Program-made: the position numbers and the translations under genes
Assembly: GCA_032718475.1 (NCBI GenBank)
Contig: JAUCBJ010008708.1
Coordinates: 79,829 to 143,828 of the forward strand
Reading direction: 5' to 3'
From: Nemertoderma westbladi
Lineage: Eukaryota; Animalia; Xenacoelomorpha
Length of the DNA: 64,000 nt
Notes under the pieces: model-generated
Databases searched by the model: none
What the model was told of the DNA's origin: nothing
Seen by the model: the letters and a program-made list of their open reading frames with translations, nothing else
In this document: positions 60,101 to 64,000 of the stretch, one piece after another
How the letters are laid out: each line of letters starts with the position of its first letter
Numbering within the stretch: the first letter of the stretch is position 1

Positions 60101-62477
60101 GGTAAGTCAGGACAAGTTTGAGACGGCCTTTGTGACTTCTAGATCAAAGACAATGCCGGTCAAATACATGACTGTCCCTCGTGCAGAGTTACAGGCGGCT
60201 GTAGTTTCAGTCGAGGTGAGTAAGCAAATAACTGAGGAGTTAGACACGACATTGACCTTATTCTATTGGACGGACGCATCCTTGGTGTTAGTATACATTG
60301 CGGCCGACAATATTGCACTAAAGACATTTGTGGCCAATAGACGCGCTCAGATCGTTGACTTTTCGACGAAGGAACAATGGAGACATTGTCCGGGAGTGTT
60401 GAACCCGGCCGACATAACTTCGAGAGGTGCAATGCCGGCGGAATTCTGTCAGGAAGAGTCGCAGGAGTTTTGGTTGCATGGACCTGATTTTCTAACAAGG
60501 ACACAGGAACATTGGCCAGAGCGACTAAAGATAGTGACCAATCCGATGCCTGAAGATGCAGAAGTCAAAGTGGAGAAAGTCTCTAAGTCGAAGTCTAAAG
60601 CCAAACTTAAGTCATTGGAGCGGCCTGAAGAGTCATTGGAGCGGCCTGAAGAGTCATTGGAGCGGCCCGGAGACCTGTCAGACCAACAGACTTACGTGAC
60701 TACTAGGTCAGGAAGGGTAAGTTACGACATAAAACCACCCTTACAGACTGGACGACAGTCACAGTTGGTAAGTGACGGACAGAAAATGACCGACACAATG
60801 GAGTCTTTGGTTTCCAAACCTGCGGGTTTGGATTCGAAACTTCCATTAACTAGCGGACAACCGTCGCTGGCATTAGAGTCATGCAGTATTTATGACAAAT
60901 TACTAAATTCGTCTGCCTCTTGGCTGACAATTTGTAAAAGAACTGCGTGGTTAAGCCGATACGTTTCGTACCTTTGTTTAAAACATTCGAAACATTTGAG
61001 AGAACCATTGAGCACCAATAGTGAGCGAATTCGGAAATTGAAACAACCTCTGACAGAGGATGAGATTGATCAAGCGGAATTAAAGCATTTGAAGCATTAC
61101 CAAATGTGTGCCTTCCCAAAAGAATTCCATCTATTATCGGCTCAACGACTAGTTCTCTATAAACCCCTTAGAAAATGGAGTCCATTAATCCATAAGGGTT
61201 TAATTTGTCATAGATCGAGAATCCAGACTGTCGACATAAACTCACAGTTTCGATTCCCAGTGATAATCCCTAGTCACCCAATAGAATTGCAAAGAGCGAT
61301 TCTATGGGATATACACAAGAGGTTGCATCACGCGGGAAAGTTACACTGTCTGTCGGCAGCGAGACAGCGATTCATTCTATTGCAGCCAAGCAGGGCAGTA
61401 GGCACTATGTACGACGCCTGTCTGGTTTGCAAGAGGGTGAACGCCAGAGTATTGGAACAGGAGATGGCTGAACTCCCGGAAGCGAGAGTGCAGGCATATG
61501 ACCCACCCTTTACGAATACAGGGGTGGATTGTTTTGGTCCGATTGAAGCAAAGAGTGGACGGCTGACCCACAAACGATGGGGTCTGCTACTGACATGTAT
61601 GGCGAGTAGAGCCATACACATTGAGCGTGTGGCAGACATGTCGACCAAATCTCTGCTCCTGGCCTTGAAGAGATTTATGGCCAGGAGAGGACTAGTAAAG
61701 GCGTTTTACTCTGATAAGGGTACAAACTTTGTTGGAGGGAATAGCGAGTTGAACGCGGCTCATAAAGCAGCACAGAATAAGGAAATTTCTGCAGCACTTT
61801 TGCCGCAAAGAGTAGAGTGGAGATTCAATACTCCAGAAAGTCCTTGGAGAGGAGGAAGTTGGGAGCGTTTAGTTCGCTCTGTAAAACAGGCCATTGCCAA
61901 AACATTGCCTGTGAACAAACAACTTACCGACGACGAACTGGTCACAGCTTTCATTGAAATCGAGCATACCCTAAACTCGAGGCCGATAGCTATGTTGCCA
62001 GACGGTGTTGCATTAACGCCGAATCATTTGCTAATGCAGAGTCCAGCATTTCTTGTGCCGGCATCAGAACCCATTAGTGCCGACCTATATAGTCGTAAAA
62101 GCTGGAAAGTAACACAGTTTGTGGCGTACACATTCTGGGAATATTGGCGGGAATACTATCTTCCCACCATATCCACCAGAACAAAGTGGTACAAAACGGT
62201 TCGGAGTCTCCAAAGGGGAGATTACGTGTTGATAACCGAACCCATTGTCAAGAGAAAGTATTGGGAGACGGGAGTGATCTTGCACACACACCCAGACGTG
62301 CAAAACATAGTGCGCACAGTCACTGTGAAAATTAGGTGCAAGTGTCCGCACCCAAAAAAGTGTAAAACTAATGGTTTACACACCTTGGACCGACCGGTCC
62401 AAGATATTGTGTTATTAGAGGAGACACGTATCGAGACGGGAGATTATAATTTGTCTCCTGCCTCAAAACAGAGTTAG
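54150..62477 (+). CDS. gag-pol: Element D full Gag-PR-RT-RH-IN polyprotein
   Basis: E/R coiled coil, Gag core, three knuckles, MLDTAS, FYMDDG, LFSDAS, HHCC finger (HKRLHH...CLVC), catalytic GVDCFG / SDKGTNF / WERLV. Confidence 0.97.
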   Translation: MSVSDKEALEDSYETAAGPPTDDSVNITVDDNADYDDAASDADVSEQEDETVTSEEEQQPQVIVLGSPTATVRKDCTATRPEVSDKEGSVAEARARSPVSRPVGMVSAVVPAAVRSTRSSRNNPSSPPSVSQVSDREFDTAMKKKLRAHAGHITRTADKVRKMLADSANIGRVELAEIRRGYNSALFKQTEELAVLAKKAVESQSSDVATRIYDRVLAALLEHRELSERFRRVRTENWLLWASQTQATQVSDAKLRDLVEQEEIQDKEERRYQREVTSWLMQNGVVVPGQVLPTTENIQQRTLTPPDDASRDSGDSQVSHARGKVICARSLVSHNSAEERRRRLDEQQAEVLRASEARKEAERERERTRKLDAKLRELEDKGKRERAEREQKERELQLERERKERELELEREQKERELQLEREQKKRELELERERKERELEIEKERQALYEERARVEEEGAARRAREEEERKLAQLESARLSLESEERTRKANEIAEKGMRMIEECGASVGTELRELFALQKAEQEARTPTIRESTTTRIPIPGPAITSTRIAKPFSTYRTPVGISASPIAQDLRHRNTAPLYTERENEEFRETPTGRVLGEPNPRVWNTRTERRPSSTENFRVKPEEGSYERQRITQIEPTIQQNPSQEFITRDELSASLAQAISPHIQPITDMLSNLRLKEAAQVRSNSNPSRPELDKVQPSQRVRISEETIPHRPQVRTPVPNISNPNFENSAEKFIEEAWIRASARKPSRALRTDTESSDEEEEMRRQKSRNYKERRTDAEQVSWNHRERTRLNNPAELNHLLTRSDATLRDIGKFAARQGLPTQQPQKFMGNHKHWRTFKTYVDEQLTNSTFTPNEKFNYLLQMLHREPRAIADNFVGNERAFELAMKTLSDIYGNKTKMAQSIVEDLGKGGRITTPLELLNLANAISNALDILRTVNLPHHGDHAEVLKSVIRRLNMRYRQKWRKLENKLEGQGKVLTLQHIHDMIATDAVAQMKSNFSEENMRESKPVTGKSMVSFDDDRTTVTFNSVDRYNSNTPAFRSDSRVWSGERLDRPRLKQQELPDGFVGCQYCLLKEVRSDDHKLDSCRRFKELNSEQRRVQVRTLDTCWACLAPGHVRRQCPNSKDGCMECGRLHHKLLHADFHTPTDRYLQRNPHRKGSKEPISIRRNTYTGIQDDGYQPGSSDEDGESSAREVTCQGFTADSSSTSARTYLSSATSEIFSVIPVKLTGDKGSKRIYVMLDTASTLSYIDEEVARAISSFQDAEEIQIELKSMHGVGDLKGHRISVELDSLLPRDQHTRQERKALPLDGFKCLAMKGFSRQLGKVPPMSPIAQEYFDKLRIPRHQVGYRNVSMLIGAEQLIAHQIWETRPAEPHVNGPHTHRTILGWYTRVPMSYEFTGGDKPMNRYDELQPIIQPPLVEPPDIDEFRRTCIDHYSDFSESDEELIPDNVRLSEPLHNDRTDSEPEDYCYQTRGSGSAAHATYLTNVLTYTDIVEGQVAKYRDLDIFQYSEEELQKELIRQDLETGARTVEWLDRDAMEPGGYDLAMSTDEKRSLEMMEDTIRLLPTGHFEVGMLWRRQPPKLENNYSLALKRLNGVRARLLKNPDIREKYCAQINNYFAKGFAGKVEDPDLVTDQTYYLPHHYVTHPDKPDKVRVVNDCAAVYRGMSLNSELMDGPNLNNYLIGILLRFRQRRFAFTCDIEAMFHQVRACKADQDSLRFLWYENEDLSGPVVTYQMYVRIFGARDSPNGTLFVLKKTATAQIGKYPVEVIESILRNFYMDDGLVSKDTAEQAIEVAHGLQECLATGGFPLTKFTTNSEALLESFPVKDRGSGDIELGVEPIPMARVLGLAWNPNSDKFQVRVRFEPSSPDKILTKRICLSTLSRLFDPMNFISPVILQARACMRKIWLSDLEWDEPISPIHAKQWREWEAELHLLKNIDVPRSYFPNQLVFPADLELHLFSDASDTGFGMVAYLRREVSQDKFETAFVTSRSKTMPVKYMTVPRAELQAAVVSVEVSKQITEELDTTLTLFYWTDASLVLVYIAADNIALKTFVANRRAQIVDFSTKEQWRHCPGVLNPADITSRGAMPAEFCQEESQEFWLHGPDFLTRTQEHWPERLKIVTNPMPEDAEVKVEKVSKSKSKAKLKSLERPEESLERPEESLERPGDLSDQQTYVTTRSGRVSYDIKPPLQTGRQSQLVSDGQKMTDTMESLVSKPAGLDSKLPLTSGQPSLALESCSIYDKLLNSSASWLTICKRTAWLSRYVSYLCLKHSKHLREPLSTNSERIRKLKQPLTEDEIDQAELKHLKHYQMCAFPKEFHLLSAQRLVLYKPLRKWSPLIHKGLICHRSRIQTVDINSQFRFPVIIPSHPIELQRAILWDIHKRLHHAGKLHCLSAARQRFILLQPSRAVGTMYDACLVCKRVNARVLEQEMAELPEARVQAYDPPFTNTGVDCFGPIEAKSGRLTHKRWGLLLTCMASRAIHIERVADMSTKSLLLALKRFMARRGLVKAFYSDKGTNFVGGNSELNAAHKAAQNKEISAALLPQRVEWRFNTPESPWRGGSWERLVRSVKQAIAKTLPVNKQLTDDELVTAFIEIEHTLNSRPIAMLPDGVALTPNHLLMQSPAFLVPASEPISADLYSRKSWKVTQFVAYTFWEYWREYYLPTISTRTKWYKTVRSLQRGDYVLITEPIVKRKYWETGVILHTHPDVQNIVRTVTVKIRCKCPHPKKCKTNGLHTLDRPVQDIVLLEETRIETGDYNLSPASKQS

Positions 62478-63232
62478 TGTTGGACGCAACTCACTTCGTA
62501 TGCATTCCTCGTATGCAAATACAAGGAAATGCATAGGAGCGGGGTTGTGGTGATTTGCGTTGAGTTTTGTCTAGTGGGTATCAAAACAAAATTTTATTTT
62601 CAAAATTTTGGAAAATTAGAAAATTTTTAAAAATTAGAAGTGAACCCAAGACAATTCCAGACGCTGTGTATAGACGCGTTTTAGAATTCGTCTATAGATA
62701 AACAGTAATTTGAAAAGTCGTGAAGCCTGGAAAATAGCATTTAGAAACCATGGTGACGGCTATATTACGTAGGAGTGTAAATTGAGTTTAGCAACTTCCA
62801 CAGATTGGTGCCAACAGTGCAACTAAGGTGCTAAAGGTTAGTAGCACCAGAGGCGTGCACGGACCCCACTCAGTAGTTTGCAGGATGTGTGATGTTCGAT
62901 TATCAAACCTGTGGGTTTGGTATAGTCGAGTATTGTGGCTATGATCCTTTCTAACTACTGTAGTTTAGTACGAGTAATGGGAGTAGTTTGGGCATCAAAA
63001 AGTGAGTTGGTCACGGCCAGTTTATCTCCAAAGTTTTGCGCTATGCATGGGAATAGGTTAGAGGATAGTTAGTTAGGAAGAGACGGGATCTAGAGAGTCG
63101 AACCTGAACTGCTGGAAGGCGGGGGGGTTCGGGAGGTCTGTCCTTCGGCGACATCTAACTGATTTACCCACAGTGTAGTTGGTTACGTAACGGCACTTAT
63201 TGGGATATATATATGTATATACGCGTAACATA

Positions 63233-64000
63233 ATGGAGAGGGATATTAGAGCGCAGCCGCGCAGAGGATTTACTGCCAGAGAGGAGGCGGAGCTACCATT
63301 CGCGCGACCAGGATGTAAAGACTCTAACGTTTACTATCATGGGCGGTCCGTGATGGAGCTGAACGGAAAGTATAAACCAAGTTATGATAAAGAATTACGG
63401 AGAGAAAGAATGAGAGCGTTGGGGGACCGGATGGAAGTCTTGCGGAAAGAGTATCGCACGCGGTATCCCTACGACTTTGCTTTGGACGTGTGCGACATTA
63501 GCGCAGATCCGGACGAGGAAATCGCACGACTATACCATATGAATATGTATTTACGACACGAGGAGCCTCTACCTGCAGTCCGAGACCAGTTCGACGGAAT
63601 GCATCTGTATCGGAGGACTCGAGGCGAGGATCAGGAGACGCCGAAGGTCTTCAGCGTATACAAGCTCTTCTACAAGTGTGGTGAATGCATGAATAAACAG
63701 GACGTGGCGATTCCCGACCGACTAGACGAGCAACATCCGGAACCGATATTAACGCGATGTCCAGCTCACCAATTCCTTAGATATAACGAGGGAGGTTATC
63801 CGATGAGCAACCCGATGATCAGTATCGACTTCAGCGGAAAGCGACCTCCGAGACCCATTACGCCGACCGTTACGACATTAGATCCGTATACGGAGATTAA
63901 ACCCTGTTCGACACCCAGTTTGATAGAGACGGCAGCGGCCATTTCGCTATACCGAGCCTACAAGGATCTAGAGGCGCGGCGCGAAGCGGCGCGGGACTCG
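63233..64000 (+). CDS. Element D 3' accessory protein (at least 256 aa, open at the window edge), unknown family
   Basis: Translated by hand: MERDIRAQPRRG...YKCGEC...HPEPILTRCPAHQFLRYNEGG..., with no stop. Acceptor CATCTAACTGATTTACCCACAG at 63152-63173. Absent from the ORF track, presumably because it is unterminated. Confidence 0.85.
   Translation, partial: MERDIRAQPRRGFTAREEAELPFARPGCKDSNVYYHGRSVMELNGKYKPSYDKELRRERMRALGDRMEVLRKEYRTRYPYDFALDVCDISADPDEEIARLYHMNMYLRHEEPLPAVRDQFDGMHLYRRTRGEDQETPKVFSVYKLFYKCGECMNKQDVAIPDRLDEQHPEPILTRCPAHQFLRYNEGGYPMSNPMISIDFSGKRPPRPITPTVTTLDPYTEIKPCSTPSLIETAAAISLYRAYKDLEARREAARDS

Larger units (their letters stand above)
50635..64000 (+). mobile_element. BEL/Pao LTR retrotransposon D, apparently autonomous; runs off the window
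   Basis: Intact 2775-aa polyprotein and an open 3' ORF. The 5' LTR is inferred from TGTTAC at 50635, CCAAT and TATA (51118, 51170), and candidate CA ends at 52675 or 52714. The 3' LTR is outside the window, so boundaries are unverified. Confidence 0.85.

Noticed and set aside
63233-64000. env gene call for the 3' ORFs
   Set aside because: No signal peptide, fusion peptide or TM segment in the visible sequence. The C-terminus of the D ORF is outside the window.

Overview
AT-rich eukaryotic, probably invertebrate, genomic DNA that is mostly nested transposons. It holds four BEL/Pao LTR retrotransposons: A (minus strand, ~3.1-20.2 kb, split by B), B (5599-17637, +), C (33605-48951, -) and D (~50635 to beyond 64000, +, intact gag-pol). 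There is also one Gypsy element (27738-32322), an RTE-like LINE split by the Gypsy element and C, a Penelope RT remnant, a tRNA-derived SINE, several MITE-type repeats, and two host-like ORFs with tandem repeats (203-1174, 24367-25590). The main observation is that B, C and D are organised like complex retroviruses. They have long LTRs (1.2-2.3 kb; D's is inferred) and long leaders with splice signals. Each has a 3' accessory ORF behind a splice acceptor that does not look like env: the C and D proteins are homologous, and the B and C proteins end in Arg/Lys-rich tails. C carries eight copies of a 20-nt hairpin in all three reading frames, with one compensatory base-pair change. All three have a second PPT-like motif right after pol. 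B and C lack a tRNA-type PBS; instead their own LTR sequence is complementary to the PBS position, as in Tf1-type self-priming. All alignments and counts were made by eye, no database searches were run, and novelty is unverified.
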